Shown one piece after another: positions 1 through 9,968 of a stretch of DNA of 64,000 nt; positions within the stretch are counted from its first letter, which is position 1; every line of letters starts with the position of its first letter. Position numbers and translations under genes: made by a program. Below the pieces are notes generated by a model. The model was not told where the DNA came from, ran no database searches, and worked only from the letters and a program-made list of their open reading frames with translations. The stretch is from Blastocatellia bacterium (GTDB lineage: Bacteria > Acidobacteriota > Blastocatellia > UBA7656), in contig CAVXWP010000013.1 of NCBI GenBank assembly GCA_963765495.1, positions 104,641-168,640 on the forward strand. The letters are read 5' to 3'.

Positions 1-1
1 A

Positions 2-937
2 AGCGAACTGCGCGAAACCGACAGGGCAGTCCTCGCCGTGCACGACGGAAAGACCGAGAAGGTCCTGGCTCCGCCCCTGATCGAGCCCAAAGGTCACATA
101 GGCCGTTTCGACATAGTGCGCTCTTTAGGCGCGGGCGGCATGGGCGAGATATTCGAAGCCTACGACACGGAGCTTCATCGCACGGTCGCAATAAAGGTAC
201 TGGCCTCGAAATATGTCGAGGACGATACGATGAAGCAGCGATTCCTCAGAGAAGCGCGCATGGCATCGCAACTCAATCATCCGAATATCGCCACGATATA
301 CGAAATAGGTGAAGCGGCGGGCAATCCTTACATAATCATGGAGATGGTCGTGGGCGTAACGCTTGCGGATCGTTTGATGAACGGCCCTTTCGATCTGAAA
401 TCCGTCGCAGACATCGGCATACAATCGGCTGAGGCGCTTGCGGAGGCTCACGAGCGCGGCGTGGTCCACCGCGACATCAAGACCTCGAACATTATGATAA
501 ATGATCGCGGGAAAGTGAAAGTGCTCGATTTCGGTCTGGCAAAACCCCTGCCTGTGGTAAACAAGCAAAAGAGCAAGACCCGGCTCACGGAATCGGGCAT
601 ACTGATCGGGACCGTGAATTATATGTCGCCCGAACAGGCTACGGGGCGAGGCGAGGTCAATCACCTCTCCGACATATTCTCGCTGGGCGTCGTTTTATAC
701 GAGATAACCTGCGGGCGGCTGCCATTTGAAGGGGACACATACTTTCAGACTATCGAAGCGATCAATAAACGCAAGCCCTCTCCCGTAAAGAAACACCGCG
801 AAGACGCGCCTGATCGGCTCATAGCGATAATCGAGCGTATGCTTAAAAAAGACTCTGCCGAGCGCTATCAATCGGCCCATGATGTAGCGCAAGACCTGGC
901 CCGGATCAACGCATCCGATTTGCAACAGGGTGAGTGA
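2..937 (+). CDS. Hanks-type Ser/Thr protein kinase (5' end likely beyond window edge)
   Basis: Motifs LGAGGMGEIF, VAIK, HRDIKTSN, DFGLAK, YMSPEQ, DIFSLG. Frame is open back to position 2. Confidence 0.93.
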   Translation, partial: SELRETDRAVLAVHDGKTEKVLAPPLIEPKGHIGRFDIVRSLGAGGMGEIFEAYDTELHRTVAIKVLASKYVEDDTMKQRFLREARMASQLNHPNIATIYEIGEAAGNPYIIMEMVVGVTLADRLMNGPFDLKSVADIGIQSAEALAEAHERGVVHRDIKTSNIMINDRGKVKVLDFGLAKPLPVVNKQKSKTRLTESGILIGTVNYMSPEQATGRGEVNHLSDIFSLGVVLYEITCGRLPFEGDTYFQTIEAINKRKPSPVKKHREDAPDRLIAIIERMLKKDSAERYQSAHDVAQDLARINASDLQQGE

Positions 938-951
938 GACAAACAGGGATT

Positions 952-1011
952 TTTGACAGGATTAACAGGGTTTAAAACGATTCAACCGTGTTCTCTGTTA
1001 ATCCTGTCAAA
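952..1011. repeat. Intergenic inverted-repeat element (GACAGGATTAACAG family), copy 1
   Basis: TTTGACAGGATTAACAG (952-968) and its exact reverse complement (995-1011), between convergent genes. Related copy at 38830-38898. Confidence 0.85.
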
Positions 1012-1069
1012 GAACGCCCTCGAGCTTTTCAGCCGATAGGGCTTTTAACGAGCAGGCTCATCTTTTCGA

Positions 1070-1741
1070 TCAGACTTCTCTGCGATGATGATCGGGGCTG
1101 ATTGAAATCTCATCATCGTAAGTGGATTCGCGTGTGAACATCACAAAACCTACGCCGATAATGACGAGCAACAGCACCAGCACGATCACCAGAAAATACC
1201 AGGGCAGATTTGGCTGATCCGGGTTATCGCGCCCGCCGATTGCCAGCAGCACAAACGGGCCTACGACCGCGCCAACCAGTCCCAGAACCAGTGCCACCCG
1301 GTCAATCATACCTTCCTGCGGCACTTTCACGTGCCAGCCGCTGTAGGCTCCAACGGTTGCCGCGATCAGCGAAAGCCCGAGCAAAAGCAGGCTTCGTCCG
1401 GCAAAGGCGAGATGCCCGGTCTCATCGCTGAGCAGAAGTCCGGTCACAAACTGAGGCTTGTTGGATTCGGGCAATATCAGATAGATCAGCGCGCTCAACA
1501 CGAGCGTCGAAACCGCCACGATCACCGCGTCGCCTATTCGCAGTTCTTCGCTCATCCAGCCGATGACGAATCCCCCGACAAAGAACGTGCCCAGCGTTAT
1601 CCCCAGAACATACAGCGATATAGTGCCCTCTCCGAGATTCGTCCCTGTAAAGGCAATGCCGGTGTAGATTAACGAGAGTATTACCTGAAGCCCGAACGTG
1701 AAGCCGAGCCCGACTAACATCCATTTGATACGATCCTTCAT
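1070..1741 (-). CDS. Hypothetical multi-pass membrane protein
   Basis: About 6 hydrophobic segments. AAGGAGGGG RBS precedes the ATG at 1741 (MKDRIKW). Confidence 0.75.
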   Translation of the reverse strand: MKDRIKWMLVGLGFTFGLQVILSLIYTGIAFTGTNLGEGTISLYVLGITLGTFFVGGFVIGWMSEELRIGDAVIVAVSTLVLSALIYLILPESNKPQFVTGLLLSDETGHLAFAGRSLLLLGLSLIAATVGAYSGWHVKVPQEGMIDRVALVLGLVGAVVGPFVLLAIGGRDNPDQPNLPWYFLVIVLVLLLVIIGVGFVMFTRESTYDDEISISPDHHRREV

Positions 1742-2075
1742 TATTGAACCCCTCCTTGCGCCACGGCTCACACAGCCTGTGGTCCCACGCTGTTCCAATA
1801 AATTGTTTGTAAATCCCTACATGCGCGTATGTACGATCTGGCAACCCCGACGAGTTCCTCAAACGTATTATCGTTCAAACTCAGCGATAATGTTGCAGAT
1901 CAAATCGAGGATAAGTTGCGCCGTTCGATTTGGTCCGGGTTGAGTCGTTGATCGGGATTTCAATCTCTCCTCTCACAACTCGTCTTTGAGCCCATCTTAG
2001 TCCTGTGTGAGGCTGGTGTCAAAGCCCGCAAGACGGGAGTAATTAGCAAAGCAGGCCAAGAACCGGCGTGAAGAA

Positions 2076-4079
2076 TCAGGCGACTCCAACCAGGCGCAAA
2101 CCCTGAACGACCGCCGAAGAGAGCAGATACCCGATTCCCGTATAAAAGAGAAGCTGCAACCCGGCCATGCGCCAGGAATTGGTTTCGCTGCGGATGACCG
2201 CAACCGTCGAAAGGCATTGAAGCGAGAAGAAGAAGAAAACGATCATTCCCAGAATAGATGAAGGCGTAAAGACCCGCCGGGAAGTGCCGGAAAAGGTGGC
2301 CGTGCGCAACTGCTCTAAAAGCCCTTCCTGCCCCGTATCATTGTCGTCGGCCACGTGAAAGACTATTGCCATAGAGCTTACAAAAACCTCGCGCGCCGCA
2401 AAGGCCGAGATCAGCCCAACCCCAACCCTCCAATCAACACCCATAGGCTTGAGGACCGGTTCTATAGTTTGTCCCAACTGCGCGGCAAATGAGTGATCCA
2501 ATTCGCTCGTGCTGATCACGGACGACGAGCGGTTCTCAGATGTTGCAGGCTGACGGGATGTGAATCCGAAGTTTGAGAGCAGCCAGAGGCAGGCGGAGAT
2601 TATTACTATTGGCGTCCCTGCCTTTTTCAGATAAGCCGATGACCGGCTCCAGGTGATTCTAAGCGTCGGTTTGACCAGAGGTTTTCGATATGCAGGCATC
2701 TCCATCGCAAGCATCGAAGAGGCGCGCTTGCGCAAAATCAAGCGGCTTATCAACCCGGCTGTGAGCGATCCAATAAGCAGGCTCAGCACATAAATAGACG
2801 CGAGACTGAGTCCTGAAAGCCACGGAGAGGCGGGAAGCAGGGCGGCAAGCAGCAGCGCGTAAACAGGAAGCCGCGCGCTGCAACTCATCAAAGGAATGAT
2901 CCAGATCGTAAGCAATCGCTCGCGCTTTGAAGGTATCGTGCGCGCTGCAAGTACCGCAGGAATCGCGCAGGCGAAACCGCTCAGCATCGGCACAAAAGAG
3001 CGTCCGTGCAGTCCAAGAAAGGAGAGAGGACGGTCTACGAGCGCCGCGCCGCGTGCCAGATAACCCGAATCTTCAAGCAGGGTCATCAGGAAAAAGAGGA
3101 TTATTATCTGAGGGAAAAAGACCGCAACCGCGCCGACTCCGCCTATCAACCCATCGGCTATGAAACGGGCCAGAATCCCGTCGGGCAGAACTCGCAACAC
3201 GAGCTGTCCGGCCTGGCCAAATCCAGCTTCGATCAGATCCATAAAGGGTTTGGCAGCCCAGAATATTGCGGCGAATAATCCCATCAGGATGGTAAAAAAT
3301 ATGGGGAACCCAAAATAACGATTCAAGACTATGCGATCAATGCGCGAGGTAAACGAGTCTGTAGCCAGAGCCATCGGATTGCCGCGTTTAAGCGCCCCGC
3401 TCTTTTCGAGCAGTTCGCGGATTATTTTGTAAGCAGCAACCGGCTCATCGGGCAACGACGCAAGCGCGCTTGCCTGTCCGTTTGTCTCGGCAAACTGGCG
3501 GCGCAATCGAGTGACAAGTTCGGCAGCGCCCCATCCGGTGCGTCCGTCTACAGGTATGACCGGGACTCGCAGCGCCGCTTCGAGTTTAGCTACGCTGACC
3601 GTTTGATTTGTACGAGCGAGCAAATCCGTCATCGTGAGCGCCACAACAAACGGCTTCCCCTGCCGGGCAGCAAAGGCGGCAAACTTTAGATGGCGCTCCA
3701 ATTGATTGGCATCTACGACGATTATCAGCGCGTCGGGCTTGACCGAATGATGGCGGCCTTCAAGCACCTGGCAGGAGAGGGCTTCCTCCGGGGAAGGCGA
3801 GAAAGGGCTATGGACACCGGGCAAATCCACAAGCGTCAATTGAGGACCGAATTCCGATTTTGATTTGCCGCGCGACAATGCTACGGTCACACCCGGATAG
3901 TTAGCCGTGTGAAAACTGCCGCCCGTAAGCGCGTTCATCAGCGCAGTCTTTCCGGCATTGGGCATACCAACAAGACAGACCGTAGCCGGCCCTGCCTGTA
4001 GCTTTGCCTCTTCGGACTGTGTGTGTGGGGCCCGGGTGTCGGGTTTTGTGATGGTTACTTCTACTGAACCTGTATCCAC
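2076..4079 (-). CDS. feoB: Ferrous iron transport protein B
   Basis: GTPase motifs GMPNAGKT, NYPGVTV, DLPG; gate motifs LEDSGYLAR, MSCSARLP, AREVFV. Confidence 0.95.
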   Translation of the reverse strand: MDTGSVEVTITKPDTRAPHTQSEEAKLQAGPATVCLVGMPNAGKTALMNALTGGSFHTANYPGVTVALSRGKSKSEFGPQLTLVDLPGVHSPFSPSPEEALSCQVLEGRHHSVKPDALIIVVDANQLERHLKFAAFAARQGKPFVVALTMTDLLARTNQTVSVAKLEAALRVPVIPVDGRTGWGAAELVTRLRRQFAETNGQASALASLPDEPVAAYKIIRELLEKSGALKRGNPMALATDSFTSRIDRIVLNRYFGFPIFFTILMGLFAAIFWAAKPFMDLIEAGFGQAGQLVLRVLPDGILARFIADGLIGGVGAVAVFFPQIIILFFLMTLLEDSGYLARGAALVDRPLSFLGLHGRSFVPMLSGFACAIPAVLAARTIPSKRERLLTIWIIPLMSCSARLPVYALLLAALLPASPWLSGLSLASIYVLSLLIGSLTAGLISRLILRKRASSMLAMEMPAYRKPLVKPTLRITWSRSSAYLKKAGTPIVIISACLWLLSNFGFTSRQPATSENRSSSVISTSELDHSFAAQLGQTIEPVLKPMGVDWRVGVGLISAFAAREVFVSSMAIVFHVADDNDTGQEGLLEQLRTATFSGTSRRVFTPSSILGMIVFFFFSLQCLSTVAVIRSETNSWRMAGLQLLFYTGIGYLLSSAVVQGLRLVGVA

Positions 4080-4279
4080 GAAGCTTCCCGCCGTCTGAGC
4101 GCCAGGCGCATGCCGCGCACCAAAACAACCAGTGGATCACCGAGAGGGACAGCCTGAACGACCGCCATCTCTTCACCCGGCGTAATGCCTAAATCGAGCA
4201 GCCTGCGGCATTCTTCTTCCGGCCCTTCAAGGCGATCTACCTGATGCCACATATTGAGCGGCGCTTCCAGCAAACTCAT
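4061..4279 (-). CDS. feoA: Ferrous iron transport protein A
   Basis: RRLLDLGITPG...PLGDPL...LALRRREA signature; overlaps the feoB start. Confidence 0.93.
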   Translation of the reverse strand: MSLLEAPLNMWHQVDRLEGPEEECRRLLDLGITPGEEMAVVQAVPLGDPLVVLVRGMRLALRRREASWIQVQ

Positions 4280-4302
4280 GATTATTCCCCTTGCCTAAGC
4301 AT

Positions 4303-4352
4303 GGTAATGATATTCACTATAACCTTAGAGCTTAATAATGAAATTCATTTTC
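4303..4352. promoter_or_regulatory. Two Fur-box-like operators upstream of feoA
   Basis: GGTAATGATATTCACTATA (4303-4321) and AATAATGAAATTCATTTTC (4334-4352) each match GATAATGATAATCATTATC at 15/19. Confidence 0.75.
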
Positions 4353-4497
4353 ATTTCTGACTACAAGCGGAAGGATATAATTAAAAGGAGGGGTTGTCAA
4401 CCGTTTTGTCGGTTATCATTTAACTGATGTCACGGACAAGGGACAAAGCCCCAAACTTGCTTTTTCGACTGACGGCCCGCAATATCATTTCCAGCGC

Positions 4498-6201
4498 GTG
4501 CCAGATAACAGGATCAGGATAGTGAGCGACATAGTCGAAAGGGTCTTGAATTTCATCGAGCACCATACAATGCTCGATAAATCGAGAGGCATAGTAGTGG
4601 CAGTAAGCGGCGGCCCCGACTCGGTGGCGCTGCTGGATATATTTGTGGGATTGGCCCGTCGTCCGCGCCTTCACGTAGCGCATTTGAACCATCAACTGCG
4701 AGGCCCGGAATCGGATGACGACGCCGAGTTTGTTCGCCTTTTGGCCGAAAAACTTGGCCTTTCGGCCACTGTGGGCGCAGCCGATGTGCGAGCGGCGGCT
4801 CAACTGTCGGGGCGGGGCATCGAAGAGACGGCGCGTGAAATCAGATATGATTTTTTGCTTCAAACGGCACGAGAGCAGGATTGTGACCGCATCACGACCG
4901 GCCACACCATGACCGATCAGGCAGAGACTTTTTTGATGAGACTCGCGCGCGGCTCAGGACTTCGCGGTCTCGCCGCGATGCGCCCGGTGTCAGAGGCGCA
5001 CTTCTTCTGCGAAGAAGTGCGCCGGGGGCCGGGGGCCGGGGGCCAGGGGCCGGTACTGACTGAGGCGACATACAATCAAAGAGTGATAGAAGCTCAGAAA
5101 ACAAATGAGGATTCCAGGCTCGATTTACCCCGGCCCCCGGCCCCCGGCCCCCGGCCCCTGCTCATCCGGCCCCTGCTCATCCGCCCTCTGCTTTGCCTCA
5201 CTCGCGAAGAGGTAGAAGAACATTGCCAAACGCGCGGGCTGATGTTTCGCACAGACTCGACCAATCTTGTGCCTGATTACACACGCAATCAGGTGCGGCT
5301 CAATGTGCTGCCCGCGCTTCGGGCGATCAATCCGCAAGCGGTCAGGTCTATAGCGCGCGCATCCGAAATCATTGCGCGAGACCAGGACGCGCTCGAAATC
5401 CTTGCCTGTTCATTGCTCGACGAGGCGCGAGTCTGCGCGTCGGGCGAGTGCCCGGCGGGTCAGGAGTCTGCTGCTTACAGGGTCGCGGCTCTTCTTGCAC
5501 AGCCCCGTGGTTTGAGGCGGCGAATGATCGTCGAAGCAATAAATCGAGCGCGCACGCGCCCGGATCAGCCCGGGCCGAGCGATGCCGGAATACTTTCTCT
5601 CTCTCCGCCCCCATCTGTGCGCCGGACACAGATAGATTCAAGGCATATAGATCAGGCAGAGCATTTGTTGGATAATCGTATGAGCGGTAAGCGAGTCCAT
5701 TTGCCGGATGGGCTGGAAATCTGGCGCGAGTTTGATGCGCTTCGTTTTGAGATCAAAAGCGGCTATCCTGATAATGGATACGCTTTCGAGTTAAGCGTCG
5801 CGCGACCGGAAATAGAAGCAGGCGGTTTTCGCATCATGCTGCTGCGTGGAGAGCCGGGCCATCTGCTTCGAGAGAAAATTGCCGAGGTTATGAGAGAGAA
5901 AAACCGTGGGGGAAGAGATTGGATGATTGCCGTGCTTGATGATCCGGCGTTGCCTGAAACTCTTGTCGTAAGGCCGCGCGGACCGGGCGAAACCGCCCAC
6001 GTTCTGGGACAGCTTAAGATAAAGAAGTTGAAAAACTTGATGATTGGCCATAGAATCCCTTCTAGCCGTCGGGCCATCTGGCCTGTGGTGGCAACCACTG
6101 ACGGTCGGTATGTGTGGTCGCCCGGACTGCCCCCTGCCGTAGAATTCACCGCACGAGACGAGACTCACCGCCTTGCCGTCTTGCGGGCTTCAAGCGTTTG
6201 A
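4498..6201 (+). CDS. tilS: tRNA(Ile)-lysidine synthetase with in-frame insertions
   Basis: AVSGGPDS PP-loop, HLNHQLR, ARxxRY, GHTMTDQAET, IRPLL, DSTN..TRNxVR. In tilS-hpt-ftsH synteny. Start may be a few codons downstream. Confidence 0.93.
   Translation: MPDNRIRIVSDIVERVLNFIEHHTMLDKSRGIVVAVSGGPDSVALLDIFVGLARRPRLHVAHLNHQLRGPESDDDAEFVRLLAEKLGLSATVGAADVRAAAQLSGRGIEETAREIRYDFLLQTAREQDCDRITTGHTMTDQAETFLMRLARGSGLRGLAAMRPVSEAHFFCEEVRRGPGAGGQGPVLTEATYNQRVIEAQKTNEDSRLDLPRPPAPGPRPLLIRPLLIRPLLCLTREEVEEHCQTRGLMFRTDSTNLVPDYTRNQVRLNVLPALRAINPQAVRSIARASEIIARDQDALEILACSLLDEARVCASGECPAGQESAAYRVAALLAQPRGLRRRMIVEAINRARTRPDQPGPSDAGILSLSPPPSVRRTQIDSRHIDQAEHLLDNRMSGKRVHLPDGLEIWREFDALRFEIKSGYPDNGYAFELSVARPEIEAGGFRIMLLRGEPGHLLREKIAEVMREKNRGGRDWMIAVLDDPALPETLVVRPRGPGETAHVLGQLKIKKLKNLMIGHRIPSSRRAIWPVVATTDGRYVWSPGLPPAVEFTARDETHRLAVLRASSV
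5022..5160. repeat. Inverted heptamer tandem-repeat element inside tilS
   Basis: About 4 copies of CGGGGGC at 5022-5053 and about 4 of CCCCGGC at 5128-5160 flank ~75 bp of more AT-rich sequence; reading frame is preserved. Confidence 0.85.
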
Positions 6202-6247
6202 CTTTTGATCTGGAATCAATGGTTCCGACGCGCTGGGGACAATTAAC

Positions 6248-6760
6248 ATGGAAACGACTCTCCGTATCCTATATTCCAAAGATGTGATTCAAAATCGCAT
6301 AATCACGCTTGCCGAAGAGATAGCTGCCCGCCTCGCCGGGGATGACCTGACGGTTGTCGGCATACTTGATGATACTTTCATATTCCTCGCCGATTTGATT
6401 CGCGCGCTTGATATAGAGATGAGTTGCTGCTTTATGAATGTTGCGCGCCACCGTCACGGCGGGCAGACCGAAGTGGTATTTACAAGCGAATTCGATCCCC
6501 GCGGACGCAATATTTTACTGGTTGGAGGCGTAGTCGCCACGGGAGTAACGCTTGAGTACATCACCAGGCAACTGGGCGATAGGGGCTTGAAATCCCTTCA
6601 CACCTGTGTGCTCGTAGACAAACCTGGCGAGCGGCGCGTTGATCTTACACCCGATTTCGCCGCCTTTAAAAGCGATGAAGGTTTTTTGTTCGGCTACGGG
6701 CTGGGAATTCAGAACCAATTTCGTCAGCTTCCGTATTTGGCAGTGATGGATGGTCAATAA
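6248..6760 (+). CDS. hpt: Hypoxanthine phosphoribosyltransferase homologue (catalytic motifs degenerate)
   Basis: Fold landmarks FIFLADL, LVDKPGERR, FLFGYGL, FRQLPY; lies between tilS and ftsH. PRPP-loop acidic residues are missing. Confidence 0.85.
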   Translation: METTLRILYSKDVIQNRIITLAEEIAARLAGDDLTVVGILDDTFIFLADLIRALDIEMSCCFMNVARHRHGGQTEVVFTSEFDPRGRNILLVGGVVATGVTLEYITRQLGDRGLKSLHTCVLVDKPGERRVDLTPDFAAFKSDEGFLFGYGLGIQNQFRQLPYLAVMDGQ

Positions 6761-6878
6761 CCTCCCATCGCAAGAAAGGTACAACAAAGCTACGCGAGTC
6801 GGTTATTGCGCATCAAAATGATGTAGGCTAGAATTTTAACCAGACGCATAGGCGTTCTTTATTATTGGAGGTACCAGG

Positions 6879-8789
6879 TTGAACTCAACAGTCAGGCAGA
6901 TAATTTTTTGGGTTGTGATAATCGGGGGCGCATTCCTTCTCTACCAGCTCTTTGCCGGTAGGAGCGCGAAACAGGAACAGGTTCTTCCTTACACACAACT
7001 CCTGGATAAGGTCAACGCTGGCGAGGTCAAGAAGGCCACTATCGAAGAGGCTCACGGAATAAAGGGTGAGTTGAAGTCCGGCGGAGAATTCACAACCGAG
7101 CTTAGCAATGAGTTCGTTCAGCGCGATATTGCCGAAGCGATGACAAAGGCCGGCGTAGAGGTCTCTTTCAAGAGCGCTTCTTCGAGCCAGTGGCTCATCG
7201 GCTTGATCAGCTACGCGCCTCTGCTGATTTTTATAGGATTATGGATCTTCATGATGCGGCAGATGCAATCGGGCGGCAACAAGGCTCTCTCGTTTGGCAA
7301 GTCGCGGGCAAAGCTTCTCAGCAATCAGCAAAAGCGCGTGACTTTTAAGGATGTCGCGGGCGTTGAAGAAGCCAAAGAAGAACTGCAAGAGATTATAGAA
7401 TTTCTGAAAGAGCCGCAGAAGTTTCAGAAACTCGGCGGACGTATCCCGAAAGGCGTATTGATGATGGGCCCGCCCGGCACAGGCAAGACCCTGCTTGCGC
7501 GCGCTATCGCGGGCGAAGCCAACGTGCCGTTCTTTTCTATCTCGGGCTCGGACTTTGTAGAGATGTTTGTCGGCGTGGGCGCAAGTCGTGTGCGTGATCT
7601 GTTCGAGCAGGGCAAGAAAAACGCTCCCTGCATCATCTTTATTGATGAGATAGACGCCGTAGGCCGCCATCGCGGTGCCGGACTTGGAGGCGGTCACGAC
7701 GAGCGCGAGCAGACGCTCAATCAGTTACTGGTCGAGATGGACGGGTTTGAATCAAATGACGGCGTGATCCTGATCGCTTCAACCAATCGTCCCGACGTTT
7801 TAGACCCGGCGCTGCTCAGACCCGGTCGCTTCGACCGTCGCGTAGTAGTGCAGAGGCCGGATGTCAAAGGCCGCGAGGGGATACTTGCGGTTCACACGCG
7901 CAAGATTCCGCTCGGCGATGACGTGGATATAAACGTGATCGCGCGCGGAACCCCGGGCTTTACCGGCGCAGACCTTGCCAACCTCGTAAACGAGGCGGCG
8001 CTCAATGCCGCTCGCTACAATCGTAAAGCGGTTTCGATGCTCGATTTTGAGTGGGCCAAAGACAAGGTGCTGATGGGCAGCGAGCGCCGTTCGATAGTGA
8101 TGTCGAACGAAGAGAAGCGCAACACGGCCTATCACGAAGCGGGCCACACGCTTGTGGGCATCAAAGTGCCGAATGCCGATCCTATTCACAAGGTCTCGAT
8201 AATCCCGCGAGGCATGGCGCTTGGCGTGACGATGCAGTTGCCCGAAGCCGACCGCTATTCGCATACGCGAGATTACCTCGAAGGTCAGGTCGCCATTATG
8301 ATGGGCGGTCGAATTGCGGAAGAGATTTTCCTCAATCACATGACGACGGGCGCCTCAAACGACATTGAGAAGGCGACCGAGCTTGCCCGCAGAATGGTCT
8401 GCGAGTTTGGCATGTCGAGTCTGGGACCGATCACCTTTGGCAAGAAGGAAGAGCAGATTTTCCTCGGGCGCGAGATCGCTCAGCATCAGGACTACAGCGA
8501 AGACACTGCCATCAAGATAGATCAGGAAGTAAAGCGGATCGTGATGGAGCAGTACAATCGGGCGCGCCAGATAATCGTTGAAAACAAGGACGCGCTTATA
8601 CGGCTTGCTGAAGCTCTGCTTGAGCGCGAATCGCTCGACTCATTGCAGATTCGCCGACTGGTAGCGGGCCTCCCGCTCGACGATGATTCGGGACCTGCGC
8701 CGAGACGCGAAGATAAACCCAAGGCTGAACATAAACCGTCTATGCTCAACCCGATCATCCCGCCGATAACCGGCGACGCTACAGCCTAA
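6879..8789 (+). CDS. ftsH: ATP-dependent zinc metalloprotease FtsH
   Basis: Two TM helices, [40 protein letters not shown] before the TTG start. Confidence 0.98.
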   Translation: MNSTVRQIIFWVVIIGGAFLLYQLFAGRSAKQEQVLPYTQLLDKVNAGEVKKATIEEAHGIKGELKSGGEFTTELSNEFVQRDIAEAMTKAGVEVSFKSASSSQWLIGLISYAPLLIFIGLWIFMMRQMQSGGNKALSFGKSRAKLLSNQQKRVTFKDVAGVEEAKEELQEIIEFLKEPQKFQKLGGRIPKGVLMMGPPGTGKTLLARAIAGEANVPFFSISGSDFVEMFVGVGASRVRDLFEQGKKNAPCIIFIDEIDAVGRHRGAGLGGGHDEREQTLNQLLVEMDGFESNDGVILIASTNRPDVLDPALLRPGRFDRRVVVQRPDVKGREGILAVHTRKIPLGDDVDINVIARGTPGFTGADLANLVNEAALNAARYNRKAVSMLDFEWAKDKVLMGSERRSIVMSNEEKRNTAYHEAGHTLVGIKVPNADPIHKVSIIPRGMALGVTMQLPEADRYSHTRDYLEGQVAIMMGGRIAEEIFLNHMTTGASNDIEKATELARRMVCEFGMSSLGPITFGKKEEQIFLGREIAQHQDYSEDTAIKIDQEVKRIVMEQYNRARQIIVENKDALIRLAEALLERESLDSLQIRRLVAGLPLDDDSGPAPRREDKPKAEHKPSMLNPIIPPITGDATA

Positions 8790-8800
8790 CGGCTCTTTCG

Positions 8801-8873
8801 GAGTTTTGAGTTTTGAATTTTGAGTTTTGAGTTTTTGCTCAATTCCATAATTCAAAACTCAAAACTCAAAACT
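8801..8873. repeat. Inverted heptamer tandem-repeat hairpin between convergent ftsH and dtd
   Basis: Five copies of GAGTTTT at 8801-8835 and three of CAAAACT at 8853-8873, the latter overlapping the dtd stop codon. Confidence 0.85.
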
Positions 8874-9315
8874 TCTTAGAACTATCGAGAAGAATCGTCA
8901 CCGGCCCGTCATTGATCAAACTCACCTGCATCATAGCCTGAAATACTCCCGTTTCGACTCTTCCGCCGAATCGGCGCGCACGCGCGACAAAGTGCTCATA
9001 CAAAGCATTCGCCTTTTCCGGCTCAGCAGCTTCGATGTAAGAGGGACGGCGGCCACGGCGCGTGTCGCCATAGAGCGTGAATTGTGACACGACAAGCAGC
9101 GCCCCGCCCGTATCCGAAAGCGACCGGTTCATCCTCCCCTCTTCATCTCTGAATATGCGAAGCCCAAAGACCTTATCCGCCAGATAGTCTGCATCCTGCT
9201 CGGCGTCATCACGCGAAACCCCGAGCAAAACGAGCAGACCCGCGCCAATGCTGCCCACTGTTCGGTCTTCGATTTTGACAGAAGCTTCGGTGACTCTTTG
9301 CACTACTGCGCGCAT
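8866..9315 (-). CDS. dtd: D-aminoacyl-tRNA deacylase
   Basis: [25 protein letters not shown] motifs. Confidence 0.97.
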   Translation of the reverse strand: MRAVVQRVTEASVKIEDRTVGSIGAGLLVLLGVSRDDAEQDADYLADKVFGLRIFRDEEGRMNRSLSDTGGALLVVSQFTLYGDTRRGRRPSYIEAAEPEKANALYEHFVARARRFGGRVETGVFQAMMQVSLINDGPVTILLDSSKKF

Positions 9316-9346
9316 AATCCGAATCCCTTTTTGTTTGAAAACAGCT

Positions 9347-9859
9347 TCATTTTCCTACCATCAAAGTGCTGAATATCGAGAGCATATCGATGTGCAGCCG
9401 TCTGAGAGCCTGTTCGTATCCGGGCGAGATATACTCTATGGGGTTAGAGGTACCCGTGTGTATGGATTCATCGCGCACCTTTAGAGTGCTGAACAGATTG
9501 GTGCCTGTGACGCGCACGGCTACATCGTTTGGCACATGGACTGTACCTGTACCAAAGATCGAGGAGATGCTGATCTTTGTTTCACCGAGCGGTAGCGTTT
9601 CGGCCTTCAGATCGACGGTTATCGCGCCAAAGATGGTCAGGGCGCTGTGGCCGTCGAGGTCCCGTCCCTCGTTTGATACCTTGCCTCCCGTAAAAAAGGC
9701 CGTGGTCTGACCGCCGCCACGCGCAGTGATCACACGATTTCGAGACTCTGATTGAGCAAGCCGCTCGCCTACAACGGCGAGATTGGTCCCGCACGACCTG
9801 CAAAATTTCTCTCCCTTAGATTGCGCGCCACATTTCGGACAGAATATGGTTTGCCCCAT
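9347..9859 (-). CDS. Zinc-ribbon protein with LiaF/DUF2154-like C-terminal beta domain
   Basis: FCPKCG...FCRSCG ribbon, then repeated xIFGxxxV strands and [11 protein letters not shown]. Confidence 0.65.
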   Translation of the reverse strand: MGQTIFCPKCGAQSKGEKFCRSCGTNLAVVGERLAQSESRNRVITARGGGQTTAFFTGGKVSNEGRDLDGHSALTIFGAITVDLKAETLPLGETKISISSIFGTGTVHVPNDVAVRVTGTNLFSTLKVRDESIHTGTSNPIEYISPGYEQALRRLHIDMLSIFSTLMVGK

Positions 9860-9968
9860 TGATCTCCCTCTTCAAAACAAGAACCCTGTTGTTCCCGGCC
9901 AGTTTATCTTCAGATTAAATAGCTTCATAGCTTCGATTGGCTGCTGTCAAGTAACGGCGATGCGAAAG

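Noticed and set aside
8640-8855. Short ORFs with KLKTQNSKLKT or LCLCASV-type peptides
   Set aside because: Translations of the heptamer/octamer DNA repeats, not genes.
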